Positions 1 through 12,450 of a DNA stretch of 50,395 nt are shown in pieces. Below the pieces are notes generated by a model that was given only the letters and a program-made list of their open reading frames with translations, ran no database searches and was not told where the DNA came from. A program made the translations under genes and the position numbers. Location of the stretch: NCBI GenBank assembly GCA_001938485.1, contig MQRK01243741.1, positions 1-50,395 of the forward strand, in the 5' to 3' direction. Each line of letters starts with the position of its first letter. The stretch's first letter is position 1. Origin of the DNA: Girardia tigrina. Taxonomy: Eukaryota.

Positions 1-1243
1 TTTTCTTGTTTTAATTGTTTTTTAACTCGTGCATCTGTGCATAATTTGTCTAATGTTACCCTAATGTTGTATTCTATTTGCTTGTTTGTATACATATTGT
101 CCTTCAAGCGCCTTCTAAGCGTATTTAAACTCTGATTTGCAATTTCAAAACTGGACGACAAACTCCAAACTCTGTGAACAAGCCCTTTGATCATACCCTC
201 TCTGTATTTTTCCTCAGAAAAACTCTGTGGTGTTGTGTAAAGACCTGTATCTGTTGCCTTTCTGAATAATTCAGTTTTATAGCCTCCATTCATCCTGGTG
301 ACAAGAATGTCCAGAAAGGGAAGTTTATTATCTACTTCCAATTCTATGGTAAATTTAATATTCGGATGAAGACCATTTATAAATGTTAGGAATGGTTCTA
401 TGAGGGATTGATTTCTGAAAACCAAAAAGACATCATCCACATATCTCTTGTACAACACAGGTTTTTCACCAGGGTATGCATTCATTTTATCCTCAAGNNN
501 NNNNNNNNNNNNNNNNNNNNNNNNNNNNNNNNNNNNNNNNNNNNNNNGATGCCAAAGTTGGTGCTAATGGGGAACCCATTGCGACACCGTCTTCCTGAAT
601 GTACCATTCATCATTAAAAAGAAAAGGTACATTTTTGGTACAAAATTTTAGAAGTTCTTTCAGTACTTGCTTGTTCATTAATTCATTCACAGAGCTAGAG
701 TTTTCATCCCACATCTTTTCACACAAATCAATGGTTTCATCGATAGGTACGTTTGTGAATAAACTGGAGACATCAAATGAGACCATNNNNNNNNNNNNNN
801 NNNNNNNNNNNNNNNNNNNAATGAAATCTTTGAAATCAAAGCTATCCCTAATCTCAAAATCATTTGAAATTAAAGGACTCAATAGTGAATCAAGAACCTT
901 CGCGACTCTGTACTGAACCGTGTCAATCATTGATAAAACAGCGCGAAGTGGATGACCAGCTTTATGTATTTTAGTTAGACCATACAGTTTAGCTGGTTGT
1001 GAACCCTAGCATGTCAACAATTTTTTAAATTTCTGATCGATGCTTTTATTCTTAAGAAGACGCTTTAATATATCCTTCAATTCGGTTTCATTCTTCATCG
1101 GTAACGGTTTACTATTTTCTTACTTAATTTACTGAATTTATCTGTTCCTAATATGTCATTCATTTTACTTATGTAATCTGATTTGTTAAGTATGACGAGG
1201 CCGTTACCTTTATCAAATTTTGTAATAATTATGTCCTTCTTTT
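1..1243 (-). mobile_element. Penelope-like element (PLE) reverse transcriptase, partial and slightly disrupted; continues off the window
   Basis: Minus-strand translation gives TKFDKGNGLVILNKSDY, PAKLYGLTKIHKAGHPLR, MVSFDVSSLFTNVP, QEDGVAMGSPLAP, YKRYVDDVF, HPNIKFTIELEVDNKLPFLDILV and FRKATDTGLY, all typical PLE RT motifs. There is a stop near 1007, and N gaps interrupt the element. Confidence 0.93.
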
Positions 1244-1501
1244 NNNNNNNNNNNNNNNNNNNNNNNNNNNNNNNNNNNNNNNNNNNNNNNNNNNNNNNNN
1301 NNNNNNNNNNNNNNNNNNNNNNNNNNNNNNNNNNNNNNNNNNNNNNNNNNNNNNNNNNNNNNNNNNNNNNNNNNNNNNNNNNNNNNNNNNNNNNNNNNNN
1401 NNNNNNNNNNNNNNNNNNNNNNNNNNNNNNNNNNNNNNNNNNNNNNNNNNNNNNNNNNNNNNNNNATATATATATATATATTTATAAATTACATATTGAT
1501 T

Positions 1502-2240
1502 CAACCGCTACACATGAAGCTTGGGTAATGAAACAGTTTACACGCGCTCTGAACAAGGATGGGAAGCGCTTCAAACATGTGCTGAGCCTTTCCTCGACTG
1601 ACAAGTGAGAAGCTGAAGGCTGGCATTTTAGATGGCCCACAGATACGGCAGCTTATACAGGACACAGAGTTTTTTGATAAGTATAAAGATACGCTTCCTG
1701 TTCTCACACATGGAAAGCTTTCCTGAAAGCCTTGGGGTGATGAGCGATGAGCAGGGAGAAAGTTTCCATCAAGACAGGAGAAGTTCCAGAGGAAGTTGGA
1801 CACAATCATGAGGGCGGACTACTGCTGGTCGCTGAAGAGTAAAAACCCAGCAGTTGCTCATACACGGGAATCGAAGAAACGCCGATTTATGCCTTGAATT
1901 CTGAACTTTTGTGTCACGTAACGCTCATTTTTATACAAATACTATGTATGATTACGCTTATCAAATTTGATGGACTAAATAAAAACTGAATGACTTTGGA
2001 TACGTGGACTTTTATTTCTTGAAGAAAATGGATAAATTCGTCAGGGGTTTCTCATCAAATGATCCGCAGTAATTTTTTTTTGTAAGAAAAATCGATTTTT
2101 AAAAAAGTTCTGTAACAAAATAAACCTGACCTGATGGAGCAAACACGAGGTCATTTTCGGACTCAGAGCATCAAAATTAGTCTAATGCTGCTGGAAAACC
2201 CTGGACAATTTTCAAAAAATATTTTTTGTTATACAAGTAA
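1502..2240 (+). mobile_element. Chapaev3-like (CMC superfamily) DNA transposon, internally deleted 3' fragment
   Basis: Frameshifted translation: PLHMKLG-MKQFTRAL, SEKLKAGILDGPQIRQLI, FLFSHMESFPESLG-MSDEQGESFHQD, MRADYCWSL. A non-coding tail follows, ending ...ttttttgttatacaagta. The superfamily assignment is from remembered motifs. Confidence 0.75.
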
Positions 2241-3192
2241 TCTATTATATGATATTCGATCACTGACTGTTGACTATTTGGACAATCCGATCCCGAAGAT
2301 CTTCTTTCTTTTTCGTTTCACAAAATCCTTTGTTTTCTATCGGACTATCACGAGCAAAATTTACTATAATTATATAATTAGAATGAATATCGAAATTCTA
2401 TGTTTGAAACAACTATCAGACTTATTAATTTGAAAGACCATCAATGTCTTCCAATAATAAGACTGTATGATAAAACTGTATACTTATCGATTTCTTAATT
2501 TTTTCTTAGAATATTACGATGACTTTTTATTAAGAATATAATAAACAGAATTTATATATATATATATNNNNNNNNNNNNNNNNNNNNNNNNNNNNNNNNN
2601 NNNNNNNNNNNNNNNNNATATATATATATATATATATATATAAACTAAAAAATAGTACAGAAAAAAATCGATACTTAAGTAATATCTAAATAAATTAAAT
2701 TTTAAGATAATTTGACAATGCAGAGAAAATATTATTCCATGGATAAAAGTATATGTTGTGTTTCATAACTAAGTGCTTTTAAGAAGGTTAAGGGAAATTA
2801 TTTTTCAATTTCTATATTGATTTGAAATTTATATTTCATTATAATAAAGTTTTGCTAGCGGCAGAACTGACAAAAACATAACTGGTTTATCAAGAGAGAA
2901 ACTTACTTTAATGGAGCTCTTACTTCATAAATATTTTCAAATAAGTAAGCGTCATTGGTTTTGAATAATCAAAATAATTACACTTTCACTATTTGTGACT
3001 TGCATAATTGTCTTTCAGATTTCTGAATAGCCAAATTGTTCATTGTGGGAAAGTTTATTGCATTTGTACTGGGAATGAGTTTATAATTAATGTAATCAGA
3101 CTTGTTAATCAAGTATTTTTAATAAATATTTACACTTGTTTTAAAACTCAACATTTCTATCATACTTTAAGTTAAAGACACAAGGAATTTCA

Positions 3193-3233
<41 letters not shown>

Positions 3234-5343
3234 CAGAGTTTGGTATACTGCGATCCTCGTAGGTTTTCTTTGTTTAAATGTAACAATGTAAATGATATTC
3301 TATTGTTTTTTCGAAAAGTTTTCCCCTCAAATCTCGTCACTAGGAAAATTTGTATTCATTTGAAAATAAATCGAGATTTCTATAGATTTTTGAAATATGT
3401 ATTGAATAGTTATTAAACAAAAACATCTTTTTAGCTTTTATTTCTTTTCGTATTCTTAATATTACCCGTTATATCTTTATTTACATTTGATTTGATATAT
3501 CTTGGTGTGTATGCATTAATATTGTTGGGGATTGTTGTATATATTTTTTTATTGTAATTTTCATTCATTCTGCCTCTTCAATTCATTTCTTATTCATGTG
3601 TTGTTTGGTGATTGTTTTCCAATCGATTCCGGAAAGATAGTAGACAACTACATCGCCAAAGGGCCAAATCTTGTAATTACACAGTGGAAAAGCAAAGATA
3701 TTCATTTTTCGTTATTTTCATTTTCGTTATATTCATTTTCGACGACTATTCGTGATGTCATCGCTCGTGAGAGTAAGGAATCAGAAGATATCAGAGACGA
3801 AAATATATAAAAACCAAAATAAAACAAAAAGAAAAAGAAATGTAAATTAATATTTAATACAATTGATATTCCTATGGATATCGATTAATTAATTCACAAA
3901 TTAAAACAAGATATCGTCATCGTCATTTTTTCTTTTGAATTCTTGGTGTAAGAGGGGGTAATACCTTTTATACCGCACTTTGCTAAATATATCATTGGTT
4001 AAAATTAAATGACATTAAATTACCAATGCCATTTTCTCACCAGGGAAAAATAGGGCTACACGAATTATCAATCTTAGTTCCTCATTTTTGGCTAATCTGT
4101 TAATCTCAAACCACCAATATTAATCTCTAGTACTTCATGTTATACTAATAAACCTCAGTTAATACTAATTCACTACTACCGATTCATCACGAAAAGCCAA
4201 ACTTAAATCCAAATGAAAAAAAAAGAAATACAGAGTGGCAGTCTTCGTATTATTCTTGTAAATCATCAATCATAATCGTAAAGCGATCGTGAGAAGGGAG
4301 TCAATATAAGCATTGTAAAAATGGTTTACTATTCTACATGTAAGTAATATAATGGCACATCAGGTTATGTAGCAAATGTGTCGCAAAATGAAACGAAGGG
4401 TTAAATCTATCAAAAGTATAAAAGTTAATTTTTCATAATTCAGAACCGCTATTCATAATATTTTCTTGGATAAGATCCTTTTTAAAGATCATAACTACAA
4501 CTTTTTTGTTACTTAAATTTTTAATTAATACTGCTTATTGAAAATTTTTGATCAACACGATTTCAGGTAATCGATCACATAATTATCAATTTGAATATAT
4601 GTCAAATAAAAAAGGTTTTGACCTGTCGCTGAATATATTGTCATTAAAAATTTATTTTAATATATAAGATCATAATAATATAAAATTATTTTTACATTTT
4701 AATATTAGAAATTTTCGTTTTCGAAATTTTGGTTTAGAATTTGTGGCCCGATAAAAATTTTAAACTTTCATTAAATTCAGATAAAACATGTTAAATTGTT
4801 AACAATAAAATTATTTTTTATACTTACATAAATAAAATTATATCTAAAAGTAGAAAGAAAAAAGAATTGACTTAATTGAAAATTTAGTTATTTTTTTTAT
4901 AAAATTTTTCTCGACTTCCGGTTTCCGTATTACAACTTGTTTTAAGTCATTAAGAATGTTAGGATCATAAAATATTATTTTTAGATTTTATGATATTATA
5001 AATTCGTATTAATAGTAATTAATTAATATTATAATAATTCATTGACAGAAAATTGAGTTCCTGAAGGACTAATTTTCGAGACACAGAAAATGATAAATTA
5101 ATTTAATAAATTACAACTTTTATTATTAGATTAAATTACAAATAAAAATGAAATACAAATTACAATTTATTTATTTTTTGGTGAATTTTGTTATTTTTGT
5201 TTATAATTTGTCTTTTATATCGAATGAAGAGATAGTGGTTATCAAATTATAGATAATGTTAAGCAAAGTTTTTCATTAAAAGTTTAAGGAAACTTAATTT
5301 GAAATTTTCAGAAAGGTTGTTTTCAAATTTTAATTTACTTCAG

Positions 5344-5490
5344 TCAGATGCCAAAAGGATGGATCCAATCAGTTAATTCGTGTAAATAATCAACATTCAT
5401 TCGAAAACATATCTGATGGAGAAGAACCGTTATACTACAATGCGGATTACTTCCTATCTCGGTCTCCCAATAATACGGACGTTTATTCAG
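5344..5490 (+). CDS. unc-13: Exon of Unc-13-like gene (RCQKDGSNQLIRVNNQHSFENISDGEEPLYYNADYFLSRSPNNTDVYS)
   Basis: ttcag acceptor (alternative AG at 5347) and gtttga donor. Open frame. The phase-1 end matches the exon at 20031. Confidence 0.6.
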
Positions 5491-6536
5491 GTTTGAAGAA
5501 TTATTATTAAATGATACAATTATTTTGTAACCAGAAATAATAAAAGATAATCTAATTATTTAATCTTCAATTTTTAATTAAAAATATACGTAAATCTAAC
5601 CATTAAATAAATTTTATAAAAATCAAGTAAATAAAAAAAGTATAAATATATATTAAATTTTTGGAATTTTCTTATTCTTAGCTTAGTAACTGTTAGTAAT
5701 AGAAACGTGAAAATTTTTGAATGAAAAATAAAGGTCATTAGAAATTACAAAGAAATTATTTGACAAGACTAATAAAAATTAGGAAAATAAAATAATCGTA
5801 TGTTGAAATAATAATTAAATTTAAATTAATAAAGTAAATAAATTTTCGGTTTCGGTTTTATATCAATGTGAGGAATATTTTAAATTGTTTGAATGTGTGA
5901 ATGTATTGATGTTGTAAATTTAAATAAAATTAATAAGATTTAAATTAAAGTCCTTTTTAATAATTTGATAACATTTTTATAATTTTGTGTTTTTATTTAG
6001 AAATGATTCAAATTATTATTTTTAATTAATATTTTAAAAAATTAAATATTTAAAAAAAAATTAGAAAAATTGTTCGAATAATCATGATTAAAAATAGAAA
6101 TAATAAACCCAATTAGTAAGATGTCAAGCGGTGAAAGACTTCCTGAGAGTTGTAGTCACTCTAATTGTGATAGTAATAGAAATTCAAATGAGACTTGTCT
6201 CAATGCTCTTAATTATCAGTAGAGCTAAAAAAACGTTTCTCAAAATAAATTAATGACAATTTTTATAACCTTCAGCTGATGGAATAAAACCACGCGTCGC
6301 GTAGTTTTTAAAATTGTAATTTGTAGTATAATTATAATTTTGTTTAGGAATATTTTTTAAATATATATATTTTTTGTATTGATCGAATTGTTCCCGCTAT
6401 GTAGTGGAGTGCCTACTGAAACTAACACAAACATTAATGTTTTACTCATGATGTTATAATGTAAAGTATTATTTTACATGTAGAAACAATGCCCAACTGT
6501 ACAACACATGCTGAAGGACTTCATTTGGGATTATAT

Positions 6537-6567
<31 letters not shown>

Positions 6568-8303
6568 CAATAAAAAAAACAATAATTATTAAAGAAGTAT
6601 TTAGACATGTTTAATGTCTAAATCTCTGAGTTAATAAATGTATAAATCCAAAGAATGATGTTATTATACCATTTTCTTTATTATTAGTAACTTAGAGGTA
6701 TAATTTTATATATTATTTTGCACTATCTTTTCATTTTAAATGTTTTTTAATATCTAAGTTAAATATAACCATAGTACACTCTTTCTCCGGTTCCGTTGCA
6801 CTCCTATTTTTGCAGTCAATGATTTAATAATGACTAATATAATAAAAAGTGATATTGCATATGCAGTAATACAGCATCTTCTCAATATTGTTTTTGAATT
6901 GTTAATTAAAAATAGACTCAGTTTTATAATTATATATTTATAATAAATATGAAGTATAAATAGAATTATATACGATTCCAGTGAAATACAATGTGGGTGT
7001 CTCTTTTTATTTACTTTACGATTTAAATCTATAATAAGAATTAATAATTTTCAATTTCCATATTATAATCATTTACTTATTATTATTTTTACTGATCATT
7101 ATTGCTAAAACTATGTTAAAATTTTTAAATTATTAATGTGATTATAAAAAGAAATTTTTATTTCCTATTTAATGAAGAATCTAAAAAATAAGATGTTTTA
7201 ATGCAAAATAGTTTTTCCTATTCTTATTGTAATGACAAAACTATAATGCCCAATGAATGCCCAAGGGTAATAAATTGTTTCATTTGTTAAAGGTCTAAGT
7301 CGCATGAGCCTATCGTGTTTTCATTAAATTTAATTTAATTAATTAATGTTTTTTGTCTCTGATTGCATATGAATTTATAACAATAAATATTGCTAAACTA
7401 TTTTTTTAAGTTTGAAATATTTCGTTATAAATTATTATTTTATTGGTATTGAGTCATGTGAAGGGAAGTTTAAAATTATTGATAAATAAGTTTATTAAAG
7501 CCTGTTTGAAAATTGGATTATAGGACATGTATTAGCGCTTTCTTACATCACATCAGTAATTTTAAATTAAAAAAAATAATTAAAATAAAAAATAATCACC
7601 ATTTTTATTCAATTAAATATTTTAAGTATTGAGGAGGTTTTACTTCGCCAATTTTGAATGTTTATACATTATTGGTTGCAGTGTCTTAATAGACATGAGA
7701 ACTGATCTTTAGGATTTATTTTAGTATAAAGTAAATATTAAATATTAAGATAAAAACATTCGCTTTGTTTAAAAATAATTACTTGAAAATATTTAAAAAA
7801 CCAAAAATATTTCTTTTCAAAGTCTGTAAATTAAATTGAAAAGTTTATTTATTTATTTTCTGGTTTTCCTTTTCTATTGAATTGTTTCTTCAATGAAAGA
7901 ATTTGAATTATGTTGATTTGCTTTTAAAATTAATATCGTTCAATTAATAAATAAATTATTGCTTAATAAATTCATTTTTATTTTTAGCGGCATTTTTTTG
8001 TTTTGATAATATAACGCGGCAATAAAATAAAATTTTAGAATTTGCGTGATAATTATATATTATTAGTGTTTTATTTTAATTTCTTTTATTTAAATTTTAT
8101 TTACAAATGGTTGTGACATAAAGTTTTTTGGTTAATGTCATTTTAATAATTAAAATTTAAAACATGAAATAAAAATCATTTTCTAATACAAATATAATTA
8201 CCGTTTTTGAATAATTAGATTTTATATATACTGTAATGTAATTTTCTCATCACGTTTCTATAAATACTCATTAACATTTATGCTATTATGTTATTATATA
8301 TAT

Positions 8304-8351
<48 letters not shown>

Positions 8352-8389
8352 AAATAATTTAATTAAAACACTTTTTATTATTCCGAACN

Positions 8390-8429
<40 letters not shown>

Positions 8430-9379
8430 AAATAATTTAATTAAAACACTTTTTATTATTCCGAACGTGTCTCCATATATTTTCACATCATCTTGAACCT
8501 TTTTTAATTGTAATCTAAAATTTCTTATAATTGTTAACATAATTTAATTTAACTCTAAATTTAAATTTAAATCATGATATCACTTAAATTTAGAGTAAAA
8601 TCTTAAACTTTTCATTCAACTTGATGAGATCAAGTATAATATTAGTTAAAAAAATTAAAGAAAAAATATAGATTATGTACTAACAGTAGTGAGTTATGTA
8701 CAGTACATTTTCTTTTTTATAGGTAATTCTTTTTACTGCAAATATAATGTGGTGCTTAGATGTACCTATTTAATAATGTTCAGTGTTATGAAAACATCGG
8801 TATTTTAAAGTGAACATTTCTAAAAAATAAATTATAATTTTTTAATTATTCAACAACCTTAAAAAAAACTTTGAAAAAGAACTTTAATATTGGGATATCG
8901 ACTATGGTCTTAAATGACCATTACTATAGGACTCAAAATCAATTTTGTCATGAAACTCTTGATCGCCTAAGCTTTAATTAAAATCTAAGAATTTCATCTT
9001 GGTTGTCATTGGAATGACCTCTTTTGACCTTAGAACGATCGATTACTAAAATACACAACTTCATGTACGTTTCTGAAAGTAAAACTGCGAAAATTATACA
9101 TTTGGTCTTAAATGACATTATGCAACCTTGAGTTATTATATCGGTTTATATCAGGAATAACGAGACCTAGAGTGGGTTGCCAAATTATTATGGACACTTA
9201 TTTTTTTTTAAATTTTACCTTTGAACGAAACTTTTGAGTAAACAAAAAGTTTTAAGTCTTCTTTTTTTTATTTAGGAAATTATTTGCTTACAAATGCAAA
9301 AGCCAAATATCAAATAAAAATAATATTAGAAATAATGTATGAAAAGTGATATGAAGACGATTGATACAATTTTATTAAA

Positions 9380-10791
9380 AAAACTAATATTTTGTAATAC
9401 CGCCCTTTCTCGAATTACGGCTTCTATGCATCGTTGCATACTTTCATGCAGACTTTAGCATTACCTTTGAGATTTTGGGTATGATGCCACACTATCTTAA
9501 TGGCTTATATTAGCTGTTGCTTGGTTGTTATGACTTGTTTAGCTTGATACATTCATCACATCCAGTCAGGGAAAAGAGAATAACTCTGTTCTGTTCTCAC
9601 TTCGAATATTATCGATTGGTAATTCCAATGGTAAAGATGGATTTTCAGCGTGATCAACATGAAATGGTAACATCAATATATCACTGTTTTCTCTGGTTTC
9701 TTTTATTAAACTTTTATTTGTTATAAGAATCGCTCGAGATACCCATCTCATTTGATCAATGTTAACAAGAAATTTTGGATTTAAACAGGTCTTGTGAGAA
9801 ATAATTTTATCTGTATAAACATCGCTTTCATTTGACAACGTTAATTTTAGTTTCTGTAATTAATTGGTACATTTCTTTCTTCTTGAGTTATTAGAAATTC
9901 TCCATTTTGTGATAGTTGAGAATTACATGATACAATTGATGTATTATATTTGAATAAGTAATATTTGAACTATAGACTGCTCCGAACACTGCCGCCATTC
10001 TGCAAAGGGCTAGAGGAATTTCTCCGCATCCATAATTGAGCAACATGATAGGATAATGGCCGAATTTATTAAAGGACTGTAAAATGCATTTTATTTTTGA
10101 AATTCTTTCTTTAGTTTCAACGTTCCCAGGAGATAAAGCTAAAAATTCAATAATTATTTTTTCTGTAAATTCATTCATATTTCTTTCAGTTCCCAGAAGT
10201 TAAAACAACGGACAATTAGAATAGTTCTCCATCAAGTCTTCTGTCAACCCAACTGTAAAGCACCATTTAAGAAATGATGTCACTTGTTGTTTTTGTCGAA
10301 GTGAAAACACTTAAGTTTTACAATATCTGATCGATTAAACGGAATCGGTATAATTTTGTTATCAGAAAATGAAGCGAATTTGGAAATAAATTTAAACTCT
10401 AAATACTGAGTTACATCAGACTGAATAAGAGCATCGACTATTAGACTTTCGGAGCACAAAAATCTTAGGTATAACTCAAATTAAAAACCACGTATAATTT
10501 GTCGAAAAGACTTCTGATTGTAATGATGGGCAATCGAATCTGATGAACCATTTTTGTGATTTCTTCAACACAGACATTGTCATTGTCTTCAAGAACCGGA
10601 TCGATTTTACATTTCTCCAACAATTCTTCCAAGTCAGTGAGTCGCAAACATCCACTATAANCCGCCGTAATAATCACCCAAGTCCAAATATAACACCAAA
10701 TAACCAGTGGTCAACAATGCGGTCGACAACATCGCTCCACAATTCCCACTCCATAAATCACAAAATCGAAACCTCAAGGAAAATCTGACAT
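9380..10791 (-). pseudogene. Rab escort protein (REP/CHM, GDI superfamily) pseudogene, apparently intronless, antisense within an unc-13 intron
   Basis: Fragments in order: MSDFP*GFDFVIYGVGIVE/AMLSTALLTTGYLVLYLDLGDYYGG, SLIVDALIQSDVTQYLEFK, LLNYGCGEIPLALCRMAAVFGAVY, VSRAILITNKSLI. These match REP motifs FDVIVIGTG...YYGG, LLIKSNVSRYAEFK, YGQGELPQCFCRMCAVFGG and ISRAVLITDRS. Multiple stops and frameshifts are present. Confidence 0.85.
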
Positions 10792-12126
10792 GATAAAAAT
10801 ATATCAAAAGGAAATGCGCACGTTCAATATTTTTATTTTCCACAATATTTACAGAAGTTCATCTAATTTAATTCAACAAAACAAATCCTCAATGTCACCA
10901 TCAAAATTTAATAATAAATTTAAAATCTTTTTTTAATGATAATCTGTGTGGTGCACATCAAAAAAAATAATGTTCAAAAAATACTTTACATTAATACAAT
11001 CGTGAAAACAAAATTTCGATTTTGTAAATAAATTTCATTTTGGCGATAGAAAATTTTCGGGTTTCTTTCTTTTCGATTTTATAAATAATGATTATAATTA
11101 AATTTTAAAATACAATAATTCAAATACTCGAATCCCGAACAGTAGTAATCTTTTTCTTATTAATTAACGATAACTGTTTATGTATGAATACGTATTCAAA
11201 TAATCTGAATAATTCATACAAAAAAAACGTTTTATTATAAAAAAAACTTGAATTCGCCCTTTGAAACAACATTACCACCGTATTCGAAACGTTTTTAAAC
11301 AGGCATTAAATCACCATTTTGAATTGTAGAAAATAATAAAATAATCGAGTCGATAATTCATATCCTGAAACTTATAATTTCCGCTAAGGTTTTGGGAAAT
11401 CTTCACAAATTATATAAATTGACGGTTTAAATCAAACCTTTGATCAGTCGACCGATAATTATCGGTATATGAATTAGAACGAGCATCAAAACATCGTCGA
11501 CGAGAAGAACGTCTTTATTGACGAAAATATTGAGAAACAAAAGCGTTTTTATGAAAAATAATTTTATTTCTTTTTTTTGTAAATAAATTCCATGCTTTTT
11601 TTCTTTTAATTTTCATTCTTGTTTAATTTTATTCTTAGTCTTTATTTGCATTATTTTATTTGTTTTTATGTGTTAAGAAAATTTCGTTTATAAAGAAAAT
11701 TCTTGGTATTAGTTATTAATGTGTTAGTAATGAATTTTAATTATGTTTAATTAGAAAATATTCTTATCATTCTAATTCATCATTCTTTTTCTAATGGATT
11801 AATTTTTTGATTAGTTTGAATTAAATGAATCATTTTTAAAGAAAAAAGAATAAAATTTATATTGTAGAAATTATATTAGACAGATATTCTCAAAGTCAAC
11901 CAAAATGGTTTAATAATGAACTGCAATTTTGGTTTTCTCTTTAAGAAGAATTTATTACAAGACAGCGTGTGATATCCATTATTTTTATATTTATAAAGGA
12001 AAGAGAAATGTAAATTTTTTTTCATTATTTACTGCAATATTGCTTCAAGCACAATGAATCAATTGATAAATCTGTTTACGTTAAATTAAAACAAAATTAA
12101 AAGTTTTTCTTGTTATTTTATAACAC

Positions 12127-12450
12127 AAGTGTCTGGGCAGTCTTTATTTACCTCAGGGAACTGCCGTAAAGAAAGAAATGTTGGGCCCATAATTTGAGGT
12201 TTATGATTCTGTGACATTTCAAAGACGACATAATCAGTTTAATTTATGACTTTCAATTATTTTTTTCACAGAGATATGACCAATTTTGAACTTTTTGCGA
12301 CTTTTATTTTAATATTGACGAATTTCTGCTTCAGCATCAGTCTTAAACTTACATGTTAATCTTCATATAATTAGAAAATGGTAGAACATGAAACTGTGAC
12401 TTACATTGAAAAAAAATGACGCAAGCTTTTACCCAATTCTGGGTAGTTTC
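12127..12450 (-). mobile_element. Degenerate hAT (Charlie-like) 3' end
   Basis: Minus-strand YPELGK ... RL-DAEAEIRQ ... ESH resembles a hAT C-terminus, followed by a decayed terminus (gttccctgagg...cagacacttg). Confidence 0.35.

Noticed and set aside
4283-4338. Possible upstream exon ending at gtaagt (DREKGVNISIVKMVYYST), phase-compatible with 5344
   Set aside because: Weak acceptor and no homology support.
6110-6540. Short exon-like pieces (MSSGERLPESCSHSNC...)
   Set aside because: They could not be assembled into a consistent spliced frame.
8340-8467. ~50-bp tandem duplication with (TA)n, and ORF 8310-8540
   Set aside because: The copies are separated by a single N, so this is most likely an unmerged contig overlap.
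8900-9190. Repeated ggtcttaaatgac and gacct motifs
   Set aside because: Probably an old non-autonomous element. No termini could be defined, and the spacing is not CRISPR-like.
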